DNA from: Lama glama
Taxonomy: Eukaryota
Reading direction: 5' to 3'
Assembly: GCA_028534125.1 (NCBI GenBank)
Contig: CM052816.1
Location: 96,908,001-96,972,000 of the forward strand
DNA length: 64,000 bases
The position numbers and the translations under genes are program-made. Of this stretch, positions 51,650 through 63,479 are shown in pieces. The notes under the pieces are model-generated. The model had not been told where the DNA came from. It made no database searches and worked only from the letters and a program-made list of their open reading frames with translations. The number at the start of each line of letters is the position of its first letter. Position 1 is the stretch's first letter.

Positions 51650-53100
51650 GCCCATCCGCAGAATACGAAAGCCCGCAGCTGTCTGGGGACACTGACCCAC
51701 CTCCCCATGTGGATGTGGCCTCAGTGCAAACTCAGCATCCACCTCTGATGGGGGACAGTCACCATCCACTCTAGAGCATGGTCAGAACCCCGCATCCTGC
51801 GCCTGGGTCCTGCCCTGCCGAGGGACGCGCCCTGAGGAGCGTTCCCAGCAGGCGGCCCTGGCGGCCCGGAGAGCGCTGCCACGGGGCAGAGGTCATGGAG
51901 GGCAGCACGTCTGGGCTGAGGAGCAGACGTGCAGGAGGCCTGCTGACTCCAAGTTTCCAGCAGGTGGTGGCATGAAATGAGGCTCTCCGTGACACGTATG
52001 ATATGTACCATACGTGCATATCGCCCCCCGGGGCTCTCAGCCTCCTTAAGCAATAGCAACGGAGAAGGGGCCGGATGAGAAACACAGGCAAGGCTTTACG
52101 GGGACTCGTGCTGCAGCACGAGGGGGCGAAAACAGGTGACAGGTTCCCTTGCTCGCTCTCTGAGAGGGGAGAGCTGGTCCCTTAAAAGGGGTGAGGGTGG
52201 GGCGCGACCAGGGGTCTGGCAGGAGGGTGTCTAAGGTGGTCGGTCTGCCCGTTGCCTCAGGGCTGCTGTGTGCAGGGACCGCACACAGGGCCCCGCTTCT
52301 GCTCCGGACACCCCCGAAGTGGCAGCTGGGTTTCTGGTCTTTTTGCGTCTCATCGCTCATAGCTTGCCCCCACTTGGCATGCGCACAGTTATGCTCAGTC
52401 CTTGCTAGCTTCTTTGTATTCTGTCGTTGGGCCCCAGTGCACACACTGCAGCCCAGGGTCCCAGGTCCCAGCTTGAGCAAAGGGCCCAGGGCCCAGGGCC
52501 CAGCCCGTCTCACAGGAAGTGACAAGGGGTGAACCCCAAGAGCTACGTGACATTTCAGAGAGGCAGATTTTCTCTCAACATAAGAAAGGACAACATAAAA
52601 ATAAGAACTTCCAAACAATGCAGCCGGCTGCCTTTGGGAAATTTCCCTTAAACTCTGGGTGTTGCGTAAAGACCAAGCTGGCGTTTGTCAGGTAAACGAG
52701 CTGGATGCTTTGCGTTTTGCTTTCTCCGACTGATGTTTTTGTCTAGACTTTTAAATCGAGGCTTAACCAGTTTAGACATTTCGGATTTTCTTTCTAAATA
52801 AGGCGAATAAGTTAAGCTCTGTGACACTTTGCTAAGTGAGCTGTCGTAATCAAAAGCCTCTAAATTAAAGGCACGTTCTTTAGTAAATAACCACTAACAA
52901 TGTTCAGTGACCGTGTTCCGCATCTGCAGACTCCGTCGGAATAAACACCGTACTCCCCTGCACAGGGCCCTATGCTGAGCAAGTAGTTACCCATCGCTAA
53001 GGAAGCCGAATTAAAGGATAAACATGAGCGAGAAAGAGGAAAGCTAACAAAATAGGTGATGTAAACAACGCGAGTGATCGTCGATTCTTCAAATTGTAGT
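51650..53100. promoter_or_regulatory. CpG-rich domain (candidate unmethylated regulatory region)
   Basis: GC-rich 51.65-52.55 kb, then AT-richer yet CpG-dense 52.62-53.10 kb; GGGAAATTTCCC at 52636; GCATGCGCA at 52377. Confidence 0.55.
52004..52580 (-). mobile_element. Solo LTR (MER73/74-like, uncertain)
   Basis: tgtaccatacgtgcatatcgcccc...ctctcagcctccttaa...caggcaaggcttta...aggttcccttgctcgctc...cttaaaagggg; no clear TSD. Confidence 0.5.
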
Positions 53101-53160
53101 TTCACTAGACATCTTCATCATTTGAGAGACTGGTGCCAAGAAGGCAATTCATAATGTTTC

Positions 53161-53660
53161 NNNNNNNNNNNNNNNNNNNNNNNNNNNNNNNNNNNNNNNN
53201 NNNNNNNNNNNNNNNNNNNNNNNNNNNNNNNNNNNNNNNNNNNNNNNNNNNNNNNNNNNNNNNNNNNNNNNNNNNNNNNNNNNNNNNNNNNNNNNNNNNN
53301 NNNNNNNNNNNNNNNNNNNNNNNNNNNNNNNNNNNNNNNNNNNNNNNNNNNNNNNNNNNNNNNNNNNNNNNNNNNNNNNNNNNNNNNNNNNNNNNNNNNN
53401 NNNNNNNNNNNNNNNNNNNNNNNNNNNNNNNNNNNNNNNNNNNNNNNNNNNNNNNNNNNNNNNNNNNNNNNNNNNNNNNNNNNNNNNNNNNNNNNNNNNN
53501 NNNNNNNNNNNNNNNNNNNNNNNNNNNNNNNNNNNNNNNNNNNNNNNNNNNNNNNNNNNNNNNNNNNNNNNNNNNNNNNNNNNNNNNNNNNNNNNNNNNN
53601 NNNNNNNNNNNNNNNNNNNNNNNNNNNNNNNNNNNNNNNNNNNNNNNNNNNNNNNNNNNN
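53161..53660. other. Assembly gap (500 N)
   Basis: N run. Confidence 1.
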
Positions 53661-53745
53661 TTTGTGTGGTTTGCCCTTTTATTCTAACTATATTTTTGTC
53701 TTTTCATCTAATTTGGAAGAGTTCTTTCTGTCTGGTTGCAGAGTA

Positions 53746-53796
53746 TTTGTTTTGTTTTGTTTTTATTGAAGGTACTGGGGATTGAACCTAGGACCT
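53746..53796 (-). mobile_element. 5'-truncated tRNA-derived SINE (vic-1-like)
   Basis: T-rich tail plus aggtactggggattgaacctaggacct, the reverse complement of the SINE B-box region seen at 55828-55853. Confidence 0.75.
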
Positions 53797-55780
53797 AAGA
53801 TATTTGTCTCAATTTGGGTGGATTTGCCCCATAATCCATCCCCTCTCCCAGAAGAGCATGTCTAAGTCTGACTCTAGAATGGCCTTTAGCATCCCAGGAG
53901 TCAAGAATGTTCCAGGAAGGGGTTTTTTGCTCCAACTTCAGGGACAGAGCCCAGGGCAGCCAGGGGCAATCCCGTCTGCCCCATCAGGGGTCATAGTCCC
54001 TCATCTCTGCCCCCAGCCGAGTGTGTCCCTGTTTATTCCTCAGCACTCAGAGGGTGAGTGATGAATTAGATTCTCTCTCTGTCTCTCTTTCACACACACA
54101 CACACATGCACATGCTCACACCTGTCAAAACAATCCTCAAAGCTAGTAGAATCTAAGAAGAAATTGTTTTCTGACTTCTACTATCTTTCAGACTGTATTT
54201 AAAGCAGTGGATTCTTTTTTCAAATTACTGAGTAAGTCAGGTTTTTTCCTTTCTCTCGTGCTATTCAACCATCCCCTTCAGTCTGAGCAGGAGTAAAGAG
54301 CAGGGTAACACAGAGCCATTTACGAGCCGTGGCCCCACCCCTCCTGCAGGAAGCCTGGATGAAGTTTCCAGATCCAAGTGCAGGGCTAACTGACATCTTC
54401 CTAAGGGAGCAGCCTATCCTCTGGCTCGGCCTGGGAGAAGGAAGAGGCGCTTTTTCTTGTTACAGGCAGAAGGGAGCCAGCACAGGTTTCTGATCAGAGA
54501 AGCGCCGCTACTGATTTACCAATCGATGTCAAAGAGAACATCCCATAGCAACGGGCATCAGAGGTCGCTGGGAGGGAGGTTTAGAAGGAAGAGACTTAGG
54601 AGAGCGTAACAGCTGAGTAGAAGGATTGGCACAAGGGGAAGGTGCCCAAAGTGACAGAGGCTGGGTCTGGGTGAGGTGTCACGAGGACTCCCCAGCTCGC
54701 TGTCAGGCTCAGGAACCACCCACCTGAGCATGAAGTTCACCCCTGGGCTGCTGACCTCGCTCTCCTGCAGCTTCCCTGGCAGCCTCTGCCCTGCTCCCAT
54801 CTCCCATCTCTGCTGCCACTACAGATCCCCATTCCAGTGACGTTGTCACTCCCTGGAGTTTCTAGAGGCAGCTGTTCCTCATGATTGACCGTGTCTCTCG
54901 ATCGATGTGCAAACAAATGCCAACATGCCTGCTTCTGGCTGGGCCTGGGCGCCCACTCACCTGTTAGAGGTATGAACATGACCAGACAATAATTGAGGTC
55001 GGCAAGCCTGCTTCTTCTGTCAAGACCACACAGCGGCTCTGCCCTGCGTTTTTTTTTTTAATATGCCTATGCCTGCTGAGAAGACACAACCACAGCATTT
55101 GATCAGTTTGAAAAATCTTGACATTTTCTGTTTTCATTTTGGAACATTTGTGTCAGATGTGGTCCCTGGGAGCCAAGGACCCACTCGGACTCTCTGCAAG
55201 ATGACCCTCCTTTGTCTAATTGGTTTCAGATTTTTTTGTTTTTTGTTTTTTTGCAAGAGTCTAAATAACATTCTAGGAAAATAGTCTTTTCAGGAGTACA
55301 GCTTTCTTGTTAACCAATTGAGGAAGATAGCTAGCATTTTATTTGGGGCAGAAATGCATATAAGCAAGAAGCACTCATCTGATAACTGCCCTTGAAGCCA
55401 CAGAGCTCGCGGCTTGGTTACTATGGAGATCACCCTCCCTCTTGCCTGTGACAATTAAAGTGACCTGTTGCTTTTGTACTTTGGTCCCTGTGTAGATACT
55501 ACGGAGAATCTGTGTTCTTTACTTTAAACAGAAAATCCATACTGAGATAAAGTGTTCCCACGCCTGGGTCTCACCCCTGAAGATTTCTGTCTCCTTGTTT
55601 GTCTGGCCCTGGATACTGGAATATTTTTTTAAAGCTTCCCAGGTTACTACAGAGCCCCACCAGATTTATGAATCCTGACCTAATGTGAGGTAGTTACTGA
55701 ATGGCAAGCAATTGTTCCAAAAGATTTTCTTCTCCTTTGAAATTAGTCCCCAAACTGATTTTTTTAAAATAAGGCAAGAG

Positions 55781-55905
55781 GTGGGAGGGTATAGCTCAGT
55801 GGTAGAACACATGCTTAGCATGCACAAGGTCTGGGTTCAATCCCCAGTACCTCCATTTTTTTTAATTTAACAAATAATAAACTTAATAACTCCCTCAAAA
55901 ATAAA
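55781..55905 (+). mobile_element. tRNA-Ala-derived SINE (camelid vic-1 type)
   Basis: gggagggtatagctcagtggtagaacacatgcttagcatgcacaaggtctgggttcaatccccagtacctcc with A and B boxes; AT tail; flanks aaaataaggca / aaaataggca. Confidence 0.85.
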
Positions 55906-55989
55906 ATAGGCATTATCAGCAGAAAAAAAATAAGACAGGGGAATTCCACTTACAGGAGGATGGAGTATATATACATATATGCATCATGA

Positions 55990-56355
55990 CTTCTTCTCCC
56001 CAGAACATGGCAAGGCTGGGCTTCTCCCCTCTTTGAGAAGTGAGGGTAGCAGGTAAGTTGCTTTGGCCATTGACAAGTGAGTGGAAGTTAAATGCATTCC
56101 TGCAGGTTGGAAGCTTTGGGATCCAAAGCAAGATTTGCCATATTCCCTTTTATCTCCTGTGGTAACTGCAAAACATGCACTGAGATGAAACTTTTGTCCA
56201 CCAGAAACTCAAATGACTACAAAGGCAAAGCATCCCTGTCAACCCACATTGGACAAGTGGTGTGAATGAGAAATAGAACTTTGCAGTCTTTAGTCGCTGA
56301 GATTTGGGGATTACTTGTTACTGCAGCAAAACATTGTTTATTCTGACTGATACTC
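55990..56355 (+). mobile_element. MaLR LTR (MLT1I/J-like)
   Basis: tgtgaatgagaaatagaactttgc...gctgagatttggggattacttgttactgcagca...ctgactgatac. Confidence 0.75.
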
Positions 56356-57659
56356 TATAAACCAAGACCTGAAACCTTAAAATATTTTGTGCCCCATCAA
56401 GAGTGAATTAGGACAATATGTGACGATGAGGATAATTCTGATAGAAAACTAATATGTGTTACTTATGAAAAAGATATGTGTTCTTTTCTGATGTGTGGCA
56501 ACTACAAAACATCTTTATTACTCAGCAATTTCTGGGACTTGGACAAAGCGACCTGTAGATTTCAATGTGTCCCCAAGTTTTTTGATTCTGAGGTTGTGAA
56601 CTGACAATATTGAGTTCTTTTGGAAAAATGGCTTTGAGGTGACATCAAAGGCGCAGTGAGAGCTAATTTTACAATTTAGTGATCAGTGAGTTACTGTTGA
56701 AGGAGAGAATTTATAGAGAAGGTCCCCGGAAATATAACAGAGTCAATTTTCCCCTGTGGGATTAGATTTTCTTAGGTTTAGCATCCTACGCTTGAGATGT
56801 GTTATCTAATCCTTACGGCAATGAACTAGGTGAATGGCATTCAACTGAGCTCTTAGGCATAATATTACATGAAAAATTAAAACAGCAAAATTGTTTAGCA
56901 CAGCTGCTTGCTAATGAAGATGCATTTCTAATAAGGAGGATTATCAAAGGAGGGACAGCCACGTGAGGCTCTGAAGTCCAGAAGTATAAAATAATCTAGC
57001 ATCAAAGAAATAGGCAAACAAAAACAGAAAAATTGAGGAATTATTCTCACTCAGTTCCTGAAATGGTAGAAATCTAAACTGCTGAACATCAGGAACTGGG
57101 AAGCAACGTCCACCTCTTCAGGGATGGGAAAACCAAGTTCTCCTAAGAGTGTCTTCTAGCTCTGGTCATCCTGCACTGATTGGAATTTGAAATCACAGCA
57201 TTCTCTCTCTAGACAAATCTTTCAAACAAAGCTCTCCCTGGTACCACTTTCTTCTTTAACACAATTTGTTATATATTTGCCTTCTAGTTCATGGATTATA
57301 AAGTAGGGCAATGAACCCCCAGTCATTCCTCAGCTGCACGACTGAGTAACAGCAGTGACGACAGTAAACACATCCTGCTTGTGTTCCTCTTCTTGTGCTG
57401 CAAACACTAACATAGTGTTTCCTGCCAGACTTAGAGAGGGGCCTATAACTCGTCTGACAACTGGAACTGGAGCTTTCTTTTTTATGAGTCTTAAAAGTGT
57501 AGCTGCATTGAAGGATTATGTGGTAAAACAGATAGAGAAACTCTTTTCTGATATTCTTGGGAATGCATTCAGACACAACAACAAAAATAAGAGTCAAAAA
57601 ATGGAGTTTGAAGCAAGAGTGGGCAAGCACAGAGGTCAGGTGAGCACCAGAGGAGATGC

Positions 57660-58120
57660 CGCAATAGGGAAGAACAAATCTGACCCCATAGTGGATCTGT
57701 TCCTTTTACCTTAATCTTTGTATTCTATTGCTTTTGCTGCACGTTAAGTACTAAAGCTTCAGTTACACATAATGGCCCATCTCTGGGAACCCTGCCTCCC
57801 AGGTAATGAGTGTTAGCTAAAATACCTTTGTTTAGCTCATAGGAAACATCCTGACCAGGCCCACCCGTGAATGACTGAAATTAGCACATCCTCACTGGAG
57901 ACTGAACAGAAACAGGAAATGTTTGACTTACTTCCTCCCCTTTTAGTATAAAAGAAGTTAAATTCTAATTTAGGCAAGGTGTTTCTTTGGGACTCTAGTC
58001 CACCATCTTCTTGGTCTGCTGGCTTTCAGAATAAAGTCGCTCTTCCATGCCCCAACAACTCGTCTCTCAATTTATTGGCCTGTCATGTGGTGAGCAGTAC
58101 GAGCTTGGACTCAGTATTGG
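57660..58120 (+). mobile_element. ERV1 solo LTR
   Basis: agggaagaacaaatctgacccc...; TATAAAA at 57947, AATAAA at 58030; U5 ggtgagcagtacgagcttggactcagta. Confidence 0.8.
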
Positions 58121-58729
58121 CAGGACCCCATGGCTGAAGCACAAAGAGACGGCTGGTGGTGGAGTTTCAACCCTTCAGTGGTAGGCTGAGACACACCTAT
58201 TGGATTGTTATTCGATCACTGATACCTGGTACAAACCCAAAAGGAATGTCCGTGGAATATTCTAATGAAGGCTGAGTGCCCCACATTTGTTACAGACTTC
58301 CAGACATGCCCTGATTTGGGTATGCAGTTCTTCTGTCCACATCAGCCATATGTTAATCACATTTTGGGTCAGAAGCTTATCCAACCATCTATGTGCTAGA
58401 ATTCAGGATAGCAAAATCAACAAGACATGGCCCTTCCTTATAGTTTCCTGCTGAAAGACAAAACTGAGTGGCCCTAAAAGCAGCGTCCTCCGCTCCAGTG
58501 TAGCAGAGGGACACTCGGAAGAGTTGGCTGATGCCTGCTGCTGTTCGTCCTTCCCGGCAAGACCACTTGTCAAGCCAGGGAGCACCCATCGGCGACAGTC
58601 ACACAGGTGTTCCCTGCTCCCTGACCCCATAAATACGTAGAGCATCAGAGGAGCAGGGATGCTGTACACTGGCAGGTTGGCTCTGGAGTGTGGAGACTAA
58701 GGGGTGGAATAGTGAGATTTTAGGGGTTC

Positions 58730-59088
58730 CTGGAGAAAGTGTTTGTTTTCCCCCAAAATTTACATGTAGAAATGCTAACCGCTCTGGTTAATATGTTGGT
58801 GCTTGGAGCTGGGGATTCTGGAGGTGATTAGTTCATGAGGATGGAGCACGTGTGAATGGGGTTAGTGCCCTGATAAAAGAGGCCCCAGAGAGATCCCTCG
58901 CCACGTGAGGACACGGCAAGAAGTCGGCCACCTGTGAACCAGGAGGGGGGCTCTCACCAGACACTGAGTCGGCCAGCACCTTGACCTTGGGCTTCCCAGG
59001 CCCTAGCACTGTGAGAGATAAATTGCTGTTGTTTATAAGCAACCCAGTCAATGGTGTTTTTGCTGTAGGAGCCCAACAGACTGAGAAA
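58730..59088 (+). mobile_element. MaLR LTR (MLT1A0-like)
   Basis: cccccaaaatttacatgt...gtgccctgataaaagaggccccagagag...gtgaggacacggc...gcaccttgaccttgggcttccc. Confidence 0.9.
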
Positions 59089-59708
59089 GGCATTTGTGTG
59101 TTCTGCTGTTTTGGGTCCTAAGTTTCCCCAGTAAAACCCATGTTCTCCCTGCCCCATGTGCTAGTGGGGCCTGAAAGCACCCCGTTCGCACAGCTCAGGA
59201 GGAGCATAGACAAGTCAGCAACCAACCTAGCCTGCACTGAGGTCAAAGTGACCTTGTGCCGCACCATAGAGAAAAGAGCACTGAGTCCATCTGAGTCCAT
59301 GGGATGGCTTCATGGAGGCTGAGCTCCTTCGACTGGGCGCTGAAAACCGAGCAGATTTTGGATAAGGGCAGGGAGAGGGCCTGGGGTGCAGGCAGGGGTC
59401 TGAGAAGATGCGGGTGCCTGGGAGGTGAGAACCCTGCAGGCTCGTGCATACGTGTACTCTCAGCAGATGACGTCTGTGCAGACAGCAGGGTGCAGAGAGT
59501 AAAACCTGCACTAGTTCATGCCGCAGTCCTCCTGAGAACACTGGTGTTACCAGGACAGTTATCAAATCATGGGCATAGAGCTGAGAGGGAACAGAAATCA
59601 GCTGAAATCGATTTTTGTCTTCATGGTGGTTTTCCACTTCTCCTTCAAGGCACTGCTTCCTCCGAAGGAGAGAGTCTTCAACAGAGCACACTTTCTGGTA
59701 AACATGAC

Positions 59709-59714
59709 TTTATT
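59709..59714 (-). terminator. Polyadenylation signal AATAAA
   Basis: 65 nt past the TGA at 59780; GU-rich gtgtgctctgttg lies downstream on the minus strand. Confidence 0.45.
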
Positions 59715-59779
59715 TTTCAATGACATTTTATAAACATATGTCACAATTTTGTTTGATGTTTGGGGTCATTGGATGGGTC

Positions 59780-59890
59780 TCATGTGTTCTCTTCAAATGA
59801 CTGAACTTGTGTTTTTTCTTCTGTAAGTTCTGGGCTTTGCATTTGTTGTTGAAATGGGCTGTCAGATTCAAAGGGAGAAAGACTGGTCCC
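59780..59890 (-). CDS. Probable terminal coding exon of an unidentified gene (GTSLSPFESDSPFQQQMQSPELTEEKTQVQSFEENT*)
   Basis: ttttattaacaattttaaag| acceptor; 36 hydrophilic codons then TGA; short 3'UTR with AATAAA. Confidence 0.45.
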   Translation of the reverse strand, partial: GTSLSPFESDSPFQQQMQSPELTEEKTQVQSFEENT

Positions 59891-60439
59891 CTTTAAAATT
59901 GTTAATAAAACACCTATGTTTGAACACCAAGTAAAATACATCATCACTATATGACATTCCATAAAGAACTGTAATTTTCTAGCAAGGCTTCTTGATGTCA
60001 CTATTAGCAACATAAAAACCAGGGGGGAGAAATGTAAAAGGTCACTCAATTGCTTCTTTATATCTTTTCTCAAAAACGTACAATACCATTAACATGAGTT
60101 AAGACTTAAAATTTAACTAAAAATTCCATTAGTCAGGTGTTGATGGCTTAGGTTTCTGAGAACAAAGGTTTTAAAGATTTGAGGTCAGGGCAAAAATATA
60201 AACTTTATAGGAGAACTCAACTTGAAATACTCAGTTTCTGCAGATGGAACATGAATTGGTAAAAAGGGCAAGTTTATCACATTAAATTAAAGAAGGGTGA
60301 AATGCTATTTTTCATTCCTCATTCCAACTGCTTTATTTTCCTAATATGCTGCTGACTTTGACCTTCTTAAATATCCATCCCCAGAAAGCTGGGGTAATTA
60401 GTCTTTCTGGATGGAGAATAGGGAAACATTACGTGTCCA

Positions 60440-62700
60440 CCACCAATTTATGTCCAAGAACAATTGTCAACCTAGCATTCCACATACAGCTTTTTAAAGA
60501 TGAAAGTAAAATAAAGACATTTTTAGGCAAACACAAAGTCAATCCATTGCAGGAAACTATATGAAAAAAGTTAAAGGAATTTCTTCAGGTTGAAGGAAAA
60601 TGACACTGCACAGAAACTTATATGTACATGAAGGAAGGCAAAGCTGGAAGTAATGGTTATGTAATGAAACATGACAGACTTTTAAATATTTACTTTAAAG
60701 TTTAAAGAATTGGTTCTCAAACTTTTTGGTCTCAAGACCCCTTTACATTAAAAAAAATGGGGGACACCAAAGAGCTTTTGCTTTTGTATATTATACCTAC
60801 CAACATATTTAACATATTAGAAAGTAAAATTGAGAAATATATATATATATATCCATATATATATATATATATATATATATCCATATATATACTTGAAAAT
60901 AACAAGAATCCCATACATGTTTAAAAAATCTTCTTAAAGATATAAAACTGTGTTTTAAAAAACATTAAAACGTAGAGTGGAATTGTTTTATATTTTTGCA
61001 AATTTCTTTAATGTCTGAATTAAGAGAAGACAGCTAGACTCTTGATTCTTTTGTATATTCAATCTGTTATAATAACATACGTAGCCTCTGAAAATGCAAA
61101 ATCTCCTCCTGAGAGGATGAGAGTAAAATGGTTTTAGGATTTTAGGTTTTAGGATTATTCTGGAAACAGTTTGAACCTCAAGAACAACCCAAAAGAATTT
61201 TAGGGGTTTCAAGGGTTCTTGGGTCAAAATTTGAGAAAATTTGATTTAGGGGAAAAATGACAACAATGTGTGATGGAGTTCCTGACGTATGTAGGACAAA
61301 CTAGCACAGAGGATAGAAAGGGGAACAGGGAAGTATCTTTTGCAAGGTTCTTGCACTCCACTAAGGCACTGTAACACAATTAAGTAACGCTATGAAAGGT
61401 CAAAATTATATATTAAAACCCAAGAATAGCCACCAGGGCAGGGGGAAGAGAGAGAGAAAAAATAAGAGAGTTAAAGCTAATAAGCCAAAAGTGGAGATAA
61501 AACAGAACATCAAAAGTTAACCACTTGATCCCCATAAAGACAAGAAGGAAAAAGGAACAATACGCAGATGGAGTAAACAGTAAATAAATGGCAAGAGAGA
61601 GGTTAAACCTCAAAATAGCAGAAATTACATTAAATTAAAATTATATAAACAGTCTAAATTATCTTTAAAAAGGAAGACATGTCTAAACAGTCTAATTCAA
61701 AACAGGTACAATAAGTCAGGTTATTTTTAAAAGCAGGACACTAAAACTATATACTGAGCACAGAGACATACATTAAATATAAAAACACAGCGAAAGTATG
61801 GAAAAAAGATATACCATTGTGAGTACTAATTATAACAAGCTTCAAAAGATATATTAAGACTGGATAAGGTAGTTTTCAAGACAAAGATAAAAGAGGAACA
61901 TTAAATAATGGTGAGTGAATAAATCAAGAAGACTCAAAAGTTCTTCTGTATGTGAATATATGTATTATAAAACCTCCATGTACTTGAAGGGAAAACTACA
62001 CAAATAAAAGGATAAAAAACAAGTCTACAATCACAGTGGGAGATTTTACCAGCATATCTCAACCACCATGGTACGTCAGACAGAAAAAAAAAATCAAAAG
62101 AAAATAGAAAAGATTGAGTAATAGACTAACACTGTCAACTAACTTGCCTAATTTTCAGTTATTTTCACTTCACCCTAAAATAGAAGAATATACATTCTTT
62201 TCAAGTGAACAATTACCATTCACCAAGATAAAAATACATAAAAGTAACCATCACACACCTTTCAAGAAATTTAAAGGATTGAAATTGTATAGTTAATGAT
62301 CTCTGACCACAACAGAATTAAACTATAAATCAATAAAACTATTTGAAAATCCCCCCCCAAATATTTGGAAATTAAACAACACAATTCCAAATAATGCATG
62401 GGTCAAAGAAGAAACCACAAGAAACATTAGAAATAATTTATTACATGGTAAATTTCGAAGTACAAATTAAATGTACGAGATGCAGCTAAAGCAGCTCTTA
62501 TAAGAAAACTGTAGCTTCACAAGCTTATGTTAGGGAAGATAAAATGTTCAAGTCAATGACCAAAGCTTCCACTTTTAGAATCTAGAAAAAGAAGAGCAAT
62601 TTAAGAGCAAAGTAAGTAGAAGGAAGGAAAAAATAAACACGAAAGCAGAAACAACAAAACTAGAAAACAAATAGTAAAGAAAAAAAAAGTCAATGAAACC
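60440..62700 (+). mobile_element. Old L1 (ORF1 end to ORF2 endonuclease region), degenerate
   Basis: gatgaaagtaaaataaagacatt, tacaatcacagtgggagatttt, gaatatacattcttttcaagtg, tctctgaccacaacagaattaaacta, gggtcaaagaagaaa. Confidence 0.9.
60710..61240. mobile_element. hAT-Charlie element (MER119-like) with internal (TA)n at 60837-60891
   Basis: ggttctcaaactttttggtctcaagacccctttaca ... tttgagaa (inverted termini). Confidence 0.75.
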
Positions 62701-62704
62701 CAGC

Positions 62705-63465
62705 CGAGCACGTAAGGAGCCTGAACGTCCTCACTCCACGCTCACAAAGTGAAAAGCTCAACAAACTGAAAAACCAACAACTCTTCTTAGATCTATCAGA
62801 GAAGTGAGGTCACAGGACAGACCACGGACCCCCAAAGCGCAGACACACAGGCAAACACAGAGACGCACAGGAGTCCATGAGCAGAAACCTGGGACCCTCA
62901 GGCAAGAATTTGACCTCCAGCAGCTCAAGCGGGTTCCCACAATGAAGATCAGGGAAAAATCCCCTGGGCTGCTGGCCGGGGGAGGGGACAGGAGCCAGTT
63001 TTAGATTACACCGGAGCATGTGTTCTGCTTAATAAGGACTGCCCTCAAGAGAAACAGTTTCATCAGAGCCCAGTCAACCTAGAGTAAAGGAAGTGCCCAT
63101 CTCCAGCCCCATCCAGCCATTTTGTACCACCTGCAGGCATGAAAAAATGAAAAACAAAACTGGGAAGAAAGTGTAAACTTCAGAGTGCTGGGCACAGGCT
63201 CACTAAAATCCTGAGACCTGCAGTAGGACTGTGGCGTGTTTCTGCCCCCACTTACCTTACCACTGCATCACTGAAGACCTGTCTATCACCATTCCTTTTG
63301 CCCAGCACGTGATGTCTGCCCTTACACACAAAAAATTGCAAAGCATACTAAAAGGCATAAAATATGACTTGAAGAGACAGAGCCAGCATCCAAACCAGAC
63401 CAGGATACAGCAAGAATGTTGGAATTATCGACAATGAATTTAAAAACTATGATTAAAATGCTGAG
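62705..63465 (+). mobile_element. L1MC-type 5' region / ORF1 start
   Basis: aaaagctcaacaaactgaaaaaccaacaactcttcttagatc...aatgttggaattatc...gaatttaaaaactatgattaa. Confidence 0.6.
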
Positions 63466-63479
63466 TATTTTTAATCATA

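Noticed and set aside
52046..52618. 190-aa minus ORF
   Set aside because: Lies in a GC-rich LTR-like element, has a non-ATG start and no recognisable domain
55781..55855. Possible functional tRNA-Ala gene
   Set aside because: Diverged stems, SINE-type tail and flanking direct repeats indicate a SINE
59227..59723. 154-aa minus and 139-aa plus ORFs
   Set aside because: No recognisable protein; the minus ORF lies downstream of the putative poly(A) site
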